A DNA stretch of 64,000 nt from Bacillota bacterium (GTDB taxonomy: Bacteria > Bacillota > DTU025), in NCBI GenBank assembly GCA_050951805.1, contig JBMNJT010000002.1, forward strand, positions 1,024,001-1,088,000, written 5' to 3'. The notes beneath the pieces were generated by a model. The model had not been told where the DNA came from and ran no database searches. It saw only the letters and a list, made by a program, of their open reading frames with translations. Every line of letters begins with the position of its first letter. Within the stretch, counting starts at the first letter, position 1. Shown piece by piece: positions 55,229 through 64,000 of this stretch. Made by a program: the position numbers and the translations under genes.

Positions 55229-57799
55229 ATGGGAAAAGTGAGAGTGTTTGAGCTGGCTAGAGATTTGAACATGCAGAGCAAAGACCTTGTCGATCTCCTC
55301 AACGAGTTGGGCGTCAAGGCCAAGAACCATATGAGTTCTATCGATGAGAATGCGGCACGATATGTGATGCGCAAGTATGGTCCCGACGCGCCAGGCGCCA
55401 AAGCCGATGCCCAGCAGAAAGATGGGAAGTCTGAGGAATCGGCGCAACAGGCTGAGCCAGCCAGAAAGCCGGAGCAATCTCCCCCGAGTGCCCAGGGGAG
55501 CGCTAGGCAAGAGGAGAAGGTTCAACGTCAACCTGGCGGGGGCCGGGCATATCCTCAAGCGGCGTCGCGCCCAGCTGGTGCGGGCAAGCCTCAGGGTGCT
55601 CGGCAGGAGGGCGGGGCAGCCCCCCCATATCGTGATGATCGCAGAGATCGGGGAGGGAATAGCGGCCCTGTGCGCGACCGGTCCAGGCTTCCTGGAGATG
55701 CGTCTCATGCTGGCGGGCGTCAGAACAGTGAACGTGGCCTCGGCGCATCCGCTCAGCAACAGCCACGTGCTCCACAAGGGTCCCCTGCTAAACAACAGGG
55801 TAAGGGTAGGCAACGCCCATCTGAGGGTGGACGTGGTCGGCGCGAGGATTACGTTGATGATGAACTAGGACCGCGACGTGCCGAGCGCAAGGGAGATCGG
55901 CGTGGCCGCAAAAAGCCGCCTACTTCGAAGCCGCTTGAAGATGCGAGGGTGCTCGAGCATCGAGTGAGGACAGGGGATATCGAGGACATAGATGAGATCG
56001 CTGTGAAGCGGGGAGGCCGCAAGCGCGAGAAGGCGCCTAAGGTCAGGCGTATCGAGGTGGGGGAGACTATCAGCGTTCGTGAACTCGCTGCCAAACTTGA
56101 GATATCGGCCAGTGATTGTCTGCGCAGACTCATGAAGCTTGGCGTGATGGTTCGGATCAATGACGAGATTGAAGGCGAAGTAGCGCAGATACTCGCGTCA
56201 GAGCTTGGCTTTGAGGCGGAGCTTACCTCCGAAAGGGAGGAACGCGAACTTGTCATAGCTGAGATAGAGGATCCTCCGGAAAGCTTGAAACCAAGGCCCC
56301 CGGTGGTAACCATAATGGGCCATGTTGACCATGGCAAGACTTCTCTTCTCGACGCCATACGAGAGGCCAATGTGACTGCAACGGAGGCAGGCGGGATAAC
56401 ACAGCATATAGGCGCATACCAGGTGGAACTTGACGGCAGGAAGATAACCTTCTTGGATACGCCTGGGCACGAGGCTTTTACGGCCATGCGGGCTCGTGGC
56501 GCGCATGCGACTGACGTTGCGGTGCTGGTCGTAGCCGCAGATGACGGTGTAATGCCCCAGACTGTCGAGGCGATAAACCACGCTAAGGATGCCAAGGTGC
56601 CGATAGTGGTTGCGGTGAACAAGATCGACAAGCCCGATGCCAATCCTGAGCGGGTGGCGACACAGCTGTCCGAACGCGGGCTTGTGCCTGAAAAATGGGG
56701 CGGGGATACAGTGATGGTCCCTGTATCGGCCTTGCATAAGCAGGGCATTGAGGATCTCCTCGAGATGATCCTTCTGATCGCGGACATGAGTGAACTGAAG
56801 GCTAATCCTGACAGGCCAGCCATGGGAATCGTCATCGAGGCCAAGGTTGACAAGGGACGTGGACCGGTCGCTACTGTGTTGATCCAGAAGGGGACGCTCA
56901 GGGTGGGCGACTACTTCCTCGTCGGTCAAGTGCATGGTAGAGTCAGAGCCATGACGAACTACAAGGGCGAGCCTGTGAAGGAGGCCACGCCATCCATGCC
57001 AGTTGAAGTTCTGGGTTTGGGCGATGTTCCGCTGGCGGGCGACGTGTTCCAAGTCGTTGTGGATGAGCGCGAGGCTAAACAGGTTGCCGCTAGACGGGCA
57101 GAACGGCGGCGCATTGAGACCATTGGCGAAGCTCCCAAGAAGGTATCTCTTGAAGAACTGTTCAGTCAGATCCAAGAAGGGGAAGTCAAAGAACTCAGAG
57201 TGATTATCAAGGCGGATGTTCAGGGATCTGTTGAGGCAGTTCGGCAGGCGATCGAGCAGCTTTCCACTGATGAGGTGCGTGTCGATGTGATCCACGGAGG
57301 CGTCGGAGCTATCAGCGAGTCCGACATCATGTTGGCCTCTGCATCTAATGCAGTCGTAATCGGTTTCAATGTCAGGCCTGATCCGGTAGCTTCCATGTGT
57401 GCAGAGGACGAGAAGGTCGATGTCAGGCTTTACAGGGTCATATACGACGCCATTGACGACGTGAAGAAGGCCCTCGAGGGATTGCTGGAGCCCGAATACC
57501 GCGAGGTCGTGTATGGACAGGCAGAAGTGAGGGCAACCTTCAAGGTGCCCAAGGCCGGGGTTGTAGCCGGGTGCTATGTTACTGAGGGCAGAGTGCCGCG
57601 GAGTGCGTCGGTGCGCGTTGTGCGCGACGGCGTGGTTGTTCATGAAGGGAAGATTGCGTCTCTCAGGCGCTTCAAGGATGATGTTCGCGAGGTTGCGGCG
57701 GGCTTTGAATGTGGAATCGGCATCGAAAACTGGAATGATGTTCGCGAAGGCGATATCATCGAAGCCTACGGGAAGGAAGAAGTGAGGCGGGAACTATAG
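55229..57799 (+). CDS. infB: Translation initiation factor IF-2
   Basis: RVFELA N-domain, [37 protein letters not shown] and GFECGI. Confidence 0.98.
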   Translation: MGKVRVFELARDLNMQSKDLVDLLNELGVKAKNHMSSIDENAARYVMRKYGPDAPGAKADAQQKDGKSEESAQQAEPARKPEQSPPSAQGSARQEEKVQRQPGGGRAYPQAASRPAGAGKPQGARQEGGAAPPYRDDRRDRGGNSGPVRDRSRLPGDASHAGGRQNSERGLGASAQQQPRAPQGSPAKQQGKGRQRPSEGGRGRREDYVDDELGPRRAERKGDRRGRKKPPTSKPLEDARVLEHRVRTGDIEDIDEIAVKRGGRKREKAPKVRRIEVGETISVRELAAKLEISASDCLRRLMKLGVMVRINDEIEGEVAQILASELGFEAELTSEREERELVIAEIEDPPESLKPRPPVVTIMGHVDHGKTSLLDAIREANVTATEAGGITQHIGAYQVELDGRKITFLDTPGHEAFTAMRARGAHATDVAVLVVAADDGVMPQTVEAINHAKDAKVPIVVAVNKIDKPDANPERVATQLSERGLVPEKWGGDTVMVPVSALHKQGIEDLLEMILLIADMSELKANPDRPAMGIVIEAKVDKGRGPVATVLIQKGTLRVGDYFLVGQVHGRVRAMTNYKGEPVKEATPSMPVEVLGLGDVPLAGDVFQVVVDEREAKQVAARRAERRRIETIGEAPKKVSLEELFSQIQEGEVKELRVIIKADVQGSVEAVRQAIEQLSTDEVRVDVIHGGVGAISESDIMLASASNAVVIGFNVRPDPVASMCAEDEKVDVRLYRVIYDAIDDVKKALEGLLEPEYREVVYGQAEVRATFKVPKAGVVAGCYVTEGRVPRSASVRVVRDGVVVHEGKIASLRRFKDDVREVAAGFECGIGIENWNDVREGDIIEAYGKEEVRREL

Positions 57800-57818
57800 G
57801 GGCCGGGGTGATTATGCG

Positions 57819-58100
57819 GTGGTCATAGGCGCCATGCGTTGCGTGCTATTGATAGAAGGCAGCCGGTCTCTCAAAGAGAAGAAACGTGTAATCCAGGGGA
57901 TGATGGCCCGAATCAGACATCGGTTCAATGTGGCCGTTGCTGAAGTCGACTGCCAGGATATATGGAATAAGGCGCAGATAGGCATCGTCTGCGTGAGCAA
58001 CGATTCAGGGCATGCCCACAGCATTTTGGAAGCAGTTGCCAGAATGATCGATTTGTCTCCGGATGTCGTGTTATACTCGTACGAAATTGAAATACTCTGA
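57819..58100 (+). CDS. ylxP: DUF503 family protein (YlxP)
   Basis: SLKEKKRV......R.RFNVAVAEV..QD.W....G; between infB and rbfA. Confidence 0.9.
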   Translation: MVIGAMRCVLLIEGSRSLKEKKRVIQGMMARIRHRFNVAVAEVDCQDIWNKAQIGIVCVSNDSGHAHSILEAVARMIDLSPDVVLYSYEIEIL

Positions 58101-58132
58101 GTTCTTGCAGGACTCTCTGGAGGTGCTGTCCG

Positions 58133-58510
58133 ATGTCGAGCTATCGGCCTGATCGCGTCAAAGCCGCAATACGGGAAGAGGTTTCCAATATTCTTCAGCG
58201 CGATCTGAAGGATCCTAGACTAGGATTTGCGACTGTGACTGATGTGGACATAAGCGGGGATCTTCAACATGTGAAGATATACGTCAGCATACTTGGCGAA
58301 GAAGAATCCCGCACAGAAACCATGAAGGCCCTGGAAAGCGCAAAGGGCTACATTAGGTCGGAGATCGGGCGTCGCGTGCCATTGCGCTTAACTCCCGAAA
58401 TCACTTTCGAGTATGATGAATCCATTGAAAGAGGAGCTCGCATACTCAAATTGATCGAGGAGGTCCAGAGCGGACGGAACGATGAGGAAAGCGGTGACAT
58501 GCCTAAGTGA
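58133..58510 (+). CDS. rbfA: 30S ribosome-binding factor A
   Basis: KDPRLG..TVT.V..S.DL...K.YVS, A.GYIRS and LR..PE..F.YD.S. Confidence 0.97.
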   Translation: MSSYRPDRVKAAIREEVSNILQRDLKDPRLGFATVTDVDISGDLQHVKIYVSILGEEESRTETMKALESAKGYIRSEIGRRVPLRLTPEITFEYDESIERGARILKLIEEVQSGRNDEESGDMPK

Positions 58511-59493
58511 GCTCTCCAGAAGAACTGTTGCAGGCCATTATGGACGCAAAGTCCATCCTGATCACTACCCATGTGGCTCCTGATGGTGATGCTATCGGAT
58601 CTGCACTGGCACTCAAGATAGCGCTGGACAGAATGGGAAAAGGCCCGCGGGTTGGCCTTTCTGATCCCGTTCCCGAGTTTCTTAGATTTTTGCCGGAGGC
58701 TGACTCGATAGAGACGGCGGAATGTGTGGGCGGGCCGTTCGACTTGGCTTTAGTGCTCGACTGCGGCTCGTTGGATCGGGTGGGAAAGTGTGAAAACGCC
58801 GTAGTAAGCAGCAGGAAGGTTGCTAATGTAGACCACCACACCACGAACACTCATTTCGCCGATATCAACTGGGTAGATTCGGAAGCAGCTGCCACAGCTC
58901 AGATGGCAGCTGGTATTATCCGTGATCTTGGGGTGGAGTTCGACCCGGATATTGCGGCCTGCCTTTTCGCAGGGTTGTCCACTGATACGGGTTCATTCAG
59001 GTATTCGAATACTTCCGCGGATACGTTTCGTGTAGCTGCTGCCCTTGTAGACGCGGGGGCCAGGCCATGGGAGATTGCGCAGAACATATATGACACCAAA
59101 CCCTATAAGTCCCTTTCGGCTTTGGCCGAGGCAATCCTCGGGATTCAGTTCTCGAGTGGAGGCCTGATCGCGTCCATGGAGATCACAGCAGAGATGATGG
59201 AACGCCATGGCATTACGGAGAGTGAGACCGAAGGATTCATCGGCTATGCTCGATCAATTGAGGGCGTAGAAGTGGCTGTTGCTTTTCGAGAGGTAGAGGA
59301 TGGACTGATCAGAATCGGATTTCGCTCGAAAGAGAAGGTGGACGTGGCCGAGATTGCTGCGGAATACGGCGGCGGAGGGCATGTGCGCGCTTCAGGGTGC
59401 ACTGTTCCAGGTCCCCTTGCAGAAGTGAAATCGAATGTGATTTCCAGGCTGAACCGGGCATTGGCGGAGGCTGGGTATACTTGGACGGAATAA
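58507..59493 (+). CDS. DHH/DHHA1 phosphoesterase (NrnA-like nanoRNase/pAp phosphatase)
   Basis: H..PDGDA.GS, LDC, DHH, TDTGSF and GGGGH..ASG. Confidence 0.93.
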   Translation: MSSPEELLQAIMDAKSILITTHVAPDGDAIGSALALKIALDRMGKGPRVGLSDPVPEFLRFLPEADSIETAECVGGPFDLALVLDCGSLDRVGKCENAVVSSRKVANVDHHTTNTHFADINWVDSEAAATAQMAAGIIRDLGVEFDPDIAACLFAGLSTDTGSFRYSNTSADTFRVAAALVDAGARPWEIAQNIYDTKPYKSLSALAEAILGIQFSSGGLIASMEITAEMMERHGITESETEGFIGYARSIEGVEVAVAFREVEDGLIRIGFRSKEKVDVAEIAAEYGGGGHVRASGCTVPGPLAEVKSNVISRLNRALAEAGYTWTE

Positions 59494-60404
59494 TCATCAT
59501 CAACAAGCCGAAAGGCATGACATCACATGATGTTGTTGCTGAAGTGAGGCGGATCACCGGCGAGCGCTCATGCGGCCACACTGGAACGTTGGACCCTGAT
59601 GCCACCGGGGTCCTCGTTGTTTGTATGGGAAGGGCTACCCGGCTTTCAAGGTTCATGATGGAGACGCCCAAAGAATACGAGGCGGTTATTGTCTTCGGCA
59701 TATCTACTGACACGGGGGACGCTTCAGGCAAGGTCGTTGCTGTAAGTGAGGACGTCAAGGTTCCGCGGGAAAGAGTATTCGAGGCCTTCCAGCGCTTTGT
59801 AGGCGATATTGAGCAGATTCCTCCCATGGTTTCGGCAGTGCGTCACCGTGGGCGGCGCCTTTATGAGCTCGCTCGCGAAGGGATAACTGTTGAGAGGGAA
59901 CCAAGGAGAGTAACGATATACGAAATAGAGCCAGCATCTTTGGAAGATTGGCCGGAAGTTGTGAGGCTTGGCTCGCAAGGCTCTATGCGCGTGGTCTGTT
60001 CGAAAGGGACTTACATAAGAACGCTGTGCGAGGACATTTGTGCGAGCATTGGGATAGAAGGGCACATGGGGGCGCTTGAACGTACGGCCTCGTCCGGATT
60101 TCGGCTGTCGGAAGCATGCACCCTCAACGAGCTTCGCCAGGCAGCTGCGTATGGCGAGCTTGATAATCTTGTCAGGCCAATCGTTGAAGGCGTGGGCCAC
60201 ATGCCGAAATGCGTGGTTTCAGAAGATGAAGCTTCGCGTATCAAGCACGGGACTCAGATAGAGTGGGATCCGAACCGGGCAGAGCTTGTCTGCGGAATAG
60301 GGGACTATATCGCGCTGCTCGGTGCTGATGGGGCCCTTGTTGCCGTGGGCGAGGTTCGTCTGATGGATGGACGAGCACTTATCCAACCAAGAGTTGTGTT
60401 GTAG
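59481..60404 (+). CDS. truB: tRNA pseudouridine55 synthase
   Basis: (M)DGII.INKP.G.TSHDVV, GHTGTLDP.ATGVL, Q.PPM.SA and CSKGTYIRTL..D; SD GGAGG before TTG 59481. Confidence 0.97.
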   Translation: MDGIIIINKPKGMTSHDVVAEVRRITGERSCGHTGTLDPDATGVLVVCMGRATRLSRFMMETPKEYEAVIVFGISTDTGDASGKVVAVSEDVKVPRERVFEAFQRFVGDIEQIPPMVSAVRHRGRRLYELAREGITVEREPRRVTIYEIEPASLEDWPEVVRLGSQGSMRVVCSKGTYIRTLCEDICASIGIEGHMGALERTASSGFRLSEACTLNELRQAAAYGELDNLVRPIVEGVGHMPKCVVSEDEASRIKHGTQIEWDPNRAELVCGIGDYIALLGADGALVAVGEVRLMDGRALIQPRVVL

Positions 60405-60412
60405 TTTCTGAG

Positions 60413-61399
60413 GTGTTGTGTCATATGGAGCGCTTCTTCATTTCCACATCAGAAAGACCTCCTGTTACGGCTCAGGTGTTTGCCTTAGGGACATTTGACG
60501 GAGTCCATCTGGGCCATATGGAGCTGATCCGCGAGGCCATCTCGCTTGCGCGCGACAAAGGCGAAGGGTCAAGAAGCGGCGTATACACTTTCGATGTTCA
60601 TCCTCTTGCAGTGCTTGACCCCTCGAAGGCGCCGCCGCTGCTCACATCATTAGATGACAGGCTGAAGCTTATTGAAAGCGCAGGCATAGATGTCGCGGTT
60701 GTCCAGTCTTTCGATGCGGAACTGGCAGACATGTCGCCGGAGTCCTTTGTTGCAGATATTCTGTGGCGCAAACTCCGTGCTCGGCATGTCGTTGTGGGAT
60801 TCAACTACACTTTCGGTCGTTATGGCAACGCCGGTGCCAGCGAGCTTGAGGAAATGTGCGCCAGATATGGAATTGGCACAACTGTGGTTCCCCCTGTGAC
60901 TTGCGAAGGCATTACGGTGGCGAGTACGGCTGTTCGAACAGCGCTCGCCGAGGGAGACGTAGCCCTCGCTAGCAGGCTGCTTGGCAGGCCTTATTTTCTG
61001 AGAGGGATTGTTGAACGCGGTCGTGGCGTGGGGAAATCGATAGGTGTGCCCACTGCCAACCTCAGACTTCCAAATGGGCATGCTATTCCAGCCCATGGAG
61101 TTTATGCGGCCAAAGCATCTTGGGGAGATGGCCAGTGTGCAATGGCTGTGTGCAATATAGGCGTTCGGCCCACATTCAGAGACGAGGGTCGAGGGACCAC
61201 GTGCGAGGTTCATTTGGTCGATGTTTCGCAGGCGTTGTACGGGGAAATGCTAATGGTGGAATTTGTGGCTAGGATTCGTGACGAGAAGCGGTTTGCCAGC
61301 CCGTCTCACCTAAAGGCGCAGATCGCGTCGGATGTCGAGGTTACCCGAGCTCTCATAGGCAATTGGAGTTTACACCCAATATCATCTGTGCTAGAATGA
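60413..61399 (+). CDS. ribF: Bifunctional riboflavin kinase/FAD synthetase
   Basis: GTFDGVHLGH, TF..HP, VG.NY.FG, ST.VR, PTAN, G.RPTF, EVH and RDE..F; start may be ATG 60425. Confidence 0.96.
   Translation: MLCHMERFFISTSERPPVTAQVFALGTFDGVHLGHMELIREAISLARDKGEGSRSGVYTFDVHPLAVLDPSKAPPLLTSLDDRLKLIESAGIDVAVVQSFDAELADMSPESFVADILWRKLRARHVVVGFNYTFGRYGNAGASELEEMCARYGIGTTVVPPVTCEGITVASTAVRTALAEGDVALASRLLGRPYFLRGIVERGRGVGKSIGVPTANLRLPNGHAIPAHGVYAAKASWGDGQCAMAVCNIGVRPTFRDEGRGTTCEVHLVDVSQALYGEMLMVEFVARIRDEKRFASPSHLKAQIASDVEVTRALIGNWSLHPISSVLE
61369..61397 (+). promoter_or_regulatory. SigA promoter of rpsO, overlapping the ribF 3' end
   Basis: TTTACA-17 nt-TAGAAT with extended -10 TG. Confidence 0.55.
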
Positions 61400-61431
61400 A
61401 CTCCGCAAGCGTGCATCATTCGGGCTTGCTT

Positions 61432-61480
61432 GACCCTTGGCTAGGATTGCCGATCCTCCGACGGCATTCTTGGCAAGGGC
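61432..61480 (+). promoter_or_regulatory. Ribosomal protein S15 leader RNA
   Basis: Nested stem CCCTTG.CTAGGAT..GCCG...CGGCATTCTTGGCAAGGG upstream of rpsO. Confidence 0.55.
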
Positions 61481-61508
61481 GTACGAAAAACAGGAGGTGC
61501 AACAGCCC

Positions 61509-61778
61509 TTGAGCCTTACAACTGAAGAAAAGAAAAGCATTATCGAAAAGTATCAGCTCCATGAGTCTGATACGGGTTCTCCAGAGGTTCAGATAGCGAT
61601 CCTTACAGAAAGGATAAACTATCTTACTGAACACCTGAAAGTCCACAAGAAGGATCATCACTCTAGGCGCGGCCTTCTTAAGATGGTTGGTAAACGTCGG
61701 GCGCTTCTAGACTACCTAAAGGATAGCGACATCGAAAGGTATAGAGCGCTCATAGAAGAACTCGGACTTCGCAAGTAG
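61509..61778 (+). CDS. rpsO: 30S ribosomal protein uS15
   Basis: [36 protein letters not shown]; SD AGGAGGTG before TTG. Confidence 0.98.
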   Translation: MSLTTEEKKSIIEKYQLHESDTGSPEVQIAILTERINYLTEHLKVHKKDHHSRRGLLKMVGKRRALLDYLKDSDIERYRALIEELGLRK

Positions 61779-61790
61779 CGCAGAGTGAAT

Positions 61791-61822
61791 GAGAGCGGGT
61801 ATTTGTGCCCCGCTCTCTTGTT
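61791..61822 (+). terminator. Terminator/hairpin after rpsO
   Basis: GAGAGCGGG-tatttgtgc-CCCGCTCTC followed by TTGTT. Confidence 0.65.
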
Positions 61823-61863
61823 CATGAGTGCAACAAGGCAATGTGTAGGAGGTAAACAACTTA

Positions 61864-64000
61864 ATGCATCAAGTTTTCCAGGCGGACATAGCTGGGAAGA
61901 GACTGGTAGTCGAGACTGGCTACGTAGCCCAGCAGGCTAATGGATCTGTTCTGTGCCGGTACGGCGACACTGTGGTGCTCGTCACTGCAACAGCGTCCAA
62001 GGAACCCAGAGAAGGCATAGACTTCTTCCCGCTTCTCGTGGATTACGAGGAGAAACTCTATGCCGTGGGCAAGATCCCAGGCGGGTTCATCAAGCGCGAG
62101 GGGAGGCCGGGAGAGGCGGCTATCCTTGCGGCGCGACTGATCGACAGGCCTATCAGGCCGTTGTTCCCCGACGGATTTCGCAACGACGTTCAGGTTGTTG
62201 CTACAGTCTTTTCGGTGGAACCCGGGATTGATCCTGCGCTCTTGGCGATGAATGGCGCGTCAATTGCTCTCTCTATTTCTGACATACCGTTTGACGGCCC
62301 AATTGCCGGCGTCAAAGTGGGGCTCGTTGATGGGCAGTTCATTATCAACCCCGGAGTTGACGAGTCAGAGAGGTCAACACTCTCTCTGACAGTGGCGGGA
62401 ACCGAGGATGCCGTTCTCATGGTGGAGGCGGGGGCCAATGAAGTCCCCGAAGAGCAGGTGCTGGATGCGATCATATTCGGCCACGAAACGATCAAAGAGA
62501 TAATCCAATTCCAGAAGAAAATAGTAGCTGAGGTTGGGGTTCCTAAGAAGGAGTTCGTGGCTTTTACGCCAGACCCGGAGATCGCAGAGAAGGTAGAAGA
62601 GTATGCGTACGACAAGCTCAATCAAGCAGTGCGCAATCCTGACAAGGTAGCTCGCGAGGAGCTGACAAATGCTGTAAGGGAAGACGTGCTGGCCCATTTC
62701 GCCGAAATATACGGTGAAGAGGTTCCCGTTCGGGACATCAACGGTGTTTTGGATGTTCTGCTCAAACAGATAGTTCGCAGGATGATCACGCAGGAGCAAA
62801 CCCGTCCCGACGGAAGAGCTCTTGATGAGATTCGCAAGATTACGTGTGACGTTGGGCTTTTGCCTCGGGTTCATGGTTCTGCGATGTTTAGGCGCGGACA
62901 GACTCAGGTGATAACCGCGTGCACTTTGGGTGCAATAGGCGAAGAGCAGATCCTGGACGATCTAGGGCTAGAAGAATCTAAGAGGTATATGCACCATTAC
63001 AATTTCCCGCCATACAGTGTGGGCGAAGTAAAGCCGATGCGCGGCCCTGGCAGGCGTGAAATAGGGCATGGCGCTCTTGCAGAGCGGGCTTTGCTGCCCG
63101 TCATACCTGACGACGAAGAATTTCCGTACACTATAAGAGTTGTTTCGGAGGTTGTGGAGTCTAACGGGTCTTCGAGCATGGCATCGGTATGCGGAAGTAC
63201 GCTTTCACTAATGGACGCGGGAGTGCCGATCAAGAAACCAGTGGCTGGAGTAGCCATGGGGCTTGTCAAATACGGCGACGACTTCGCTATACTCACAGAC
63301 ATACAGGGCATAGAGGATGCCCTTGGGGATATGGACTTCAAGGTGGCAGGGACGCGCGACGGAATCACCGCCGTTCAAATGGATATCAAGGTTCGGGGCA
63401 TTTCCAGAGAAATACTCCAGGCAGCGCTTGAGCAGGCACGCCGCGGAAGACTTTTCATCATGGACAGGATGCTCGAGACGATTCCTCAGCCCCGAGCGGA
63501 ATTGTCGCCGTATGCGCCACGAATGCTGACGATAAACATAGATCCCGACAAGATCCGAGATGTGATCGGGCCCGGCGGAAAGATGATTCGGAAGATCATC
63601 GATCTTACGGGGACCAAGATCGATATAGAGGACGATGGAAGGGTTTTTGTGTCCGCAGTCGACGAGGCACAGGCCCAAAAGGCCATAAACATGATTTTGG
63701 AGTTGGTGCATGATCCTGAGCCAGGCGAGGTATACACCGGCAAGGTGACGCGTATCATGCCTTTTGGTGCCTTCGTAGAAATACTTCCCGGCAAGGAAGG
63801 GCTAGTGCACATCTCTCAGCTTGCTCACGAGAGAGTAGCCACTGTTGAGGATGTCGTGCAAGTGGGCGACGATATCAACGTGCGAGTCACGGAAATCGAT
63901 AGCCAAGGCAGGATAAACCTCTCACGCAAGGATCTTCTGCCGAGGCCTGAGGGCATGCCTGACTCTCCGCCCCCACGCGGAGATAGAAGACCGCCATCAG
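61864..64000 (+). CDS. pnp: Polyribonucleotide nucleotidyltransferase, truncated by the window end
   Basis: AGGAGGT SD; [59 protein letters not shown] domain (IGPGGK.I) and S1 domain (GLVHISQL); no stop before 64000. Confidence 0.97.
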   Translation, partial: MHQVFQADIAGKRLVVETGYVAQQANGSVLCRYGDTVVLVTATASKEPREGIDFFPLLVDYEEKLYAVGKIPGGFIKREGRPGEAAILAARLIDRPIRPLFPDGFRNDVQVVATVFSVEPGIDPALLAMNGASIALSISDIPFDGPIAGVKVGLVDGQFIINPGVDESERSTLSLTVAGTEDAVLMVEAGANEVPEEQVLDAIIFGHETIKEIIQFQKKIVAEVGVPKKEFVAFTPDPEIAEKVEEYAYDKLNQAVRNPDKVAREELTNAVREDVLAHFAEIYGEEVPVRDINGVLDVLLKQIVRRMITQEQTRPDGRALDEIRKITCDVGLLPRVHGSAMFRRGQTQVITACTLGAIGEEQILDDLGLEESKRYMHHYNFPPYSVGEVKPMRGPGRREIGHGALAERALLPVIPDDEEFPYTIRVVSEVVESNGSSSMASVCGSTLSLMDAGVPIKKPVAGVAMGLVKYGDDFAILTDIQGIEDALGDMDFKVAGTRDGITAVQMDIKVRGISREILQAALEQARRGRLFIMDRMLETIPQPRAELSPYAPRMLTINIDPDKIRDVIGPGGKMIRKIIDLTGTKIDIEDDGRVFVSAVDEAQAQKAINMILELVHDPEPGEVYTGKVTRIMPFGAFVEILPGKEGLVHISQLAHERVATVEDVVQVGDDINVRVTEIDSQGRINLSRKDLLPRPEGMPDSPPPRGDRRPPS

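Noticed and set aside
55380-55990. Low-complexity Q/G/R/P-rich stretch in infB as a possible insertion
   Set aside because: The IF2 N-terminal linker is normally variable and low-complexity
55849-57643. 334-aa and 481-aa antisense ORFs within infB
   Set aside because: Shadow ORFs of a conserved gene, with composition typical of reverse-complement codon bias
1-64000. CRISPR arrays, tRNA/rRNA genes, IS elements, introns/inteins and defence systems
   Set aside because: None seen; gene lengths match intein-free homologues and the intergenic spaces are too short or otherwise explained

Overview
A GC-rich (roughly 55-58% by eye) core-genome segment of a spore-forming-lineage Bacillota (Clostridia-like) bacterium; the taxonomy is inferred. 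It follows the conserved Firmicutes order: ileS (T-box), PHP, rpmB, asp23, fakA, rsmD, coaD, ylbJ, ackA, yceD, rpmF, plsX, acpP, rnc, spoVS, smc, ftsY, ylxM, ffh, rpsP, khpA, rimM, trmD, rplS, lepB, rbgA, rnhB, yraN, comM, dprA, topA, trmFO, xerC, hslVU, codY, rpsB, tsf, pyrH, frr, uppS, cdsA, ytvI, dxr, rseP, ispG, proS, GT2, polC, rimP, nusA, ylxR, infB, ylxP, rbfA, DHH, truB, ribF, rpsO and pnp (cut by the window end). I see no mobile element, CRISPR array, rRNA/tRNA or defence island, and no clear multi-gene novel system. The interesting signals are small. (i) rpmF has its only strong Shine-Dalgarno 49 nt upstream of the start codon, with a 39-nt hairpin in between. (ii) PolC has no 3'-5' exonuclease domain but keeps its PHP metal-binding motifs. 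(iii) SMC has an altered ABC signature (MSRGE). (iv) Three short spacers look like decayed genes (degV/fakB, an ABC ATPase, ylxQ), and recG, fapR/fab, pta and the flagellar cluster are missing from their usual positions. (v) Four SigH-type promoters lie upstream of housekeeping, cell-wall and competence genes. (vi) A G-quadruplex-like tract follows rpmB. All gene and motif calls are from recognising protein motifs and synteny by eye; no database search or folding program was run.
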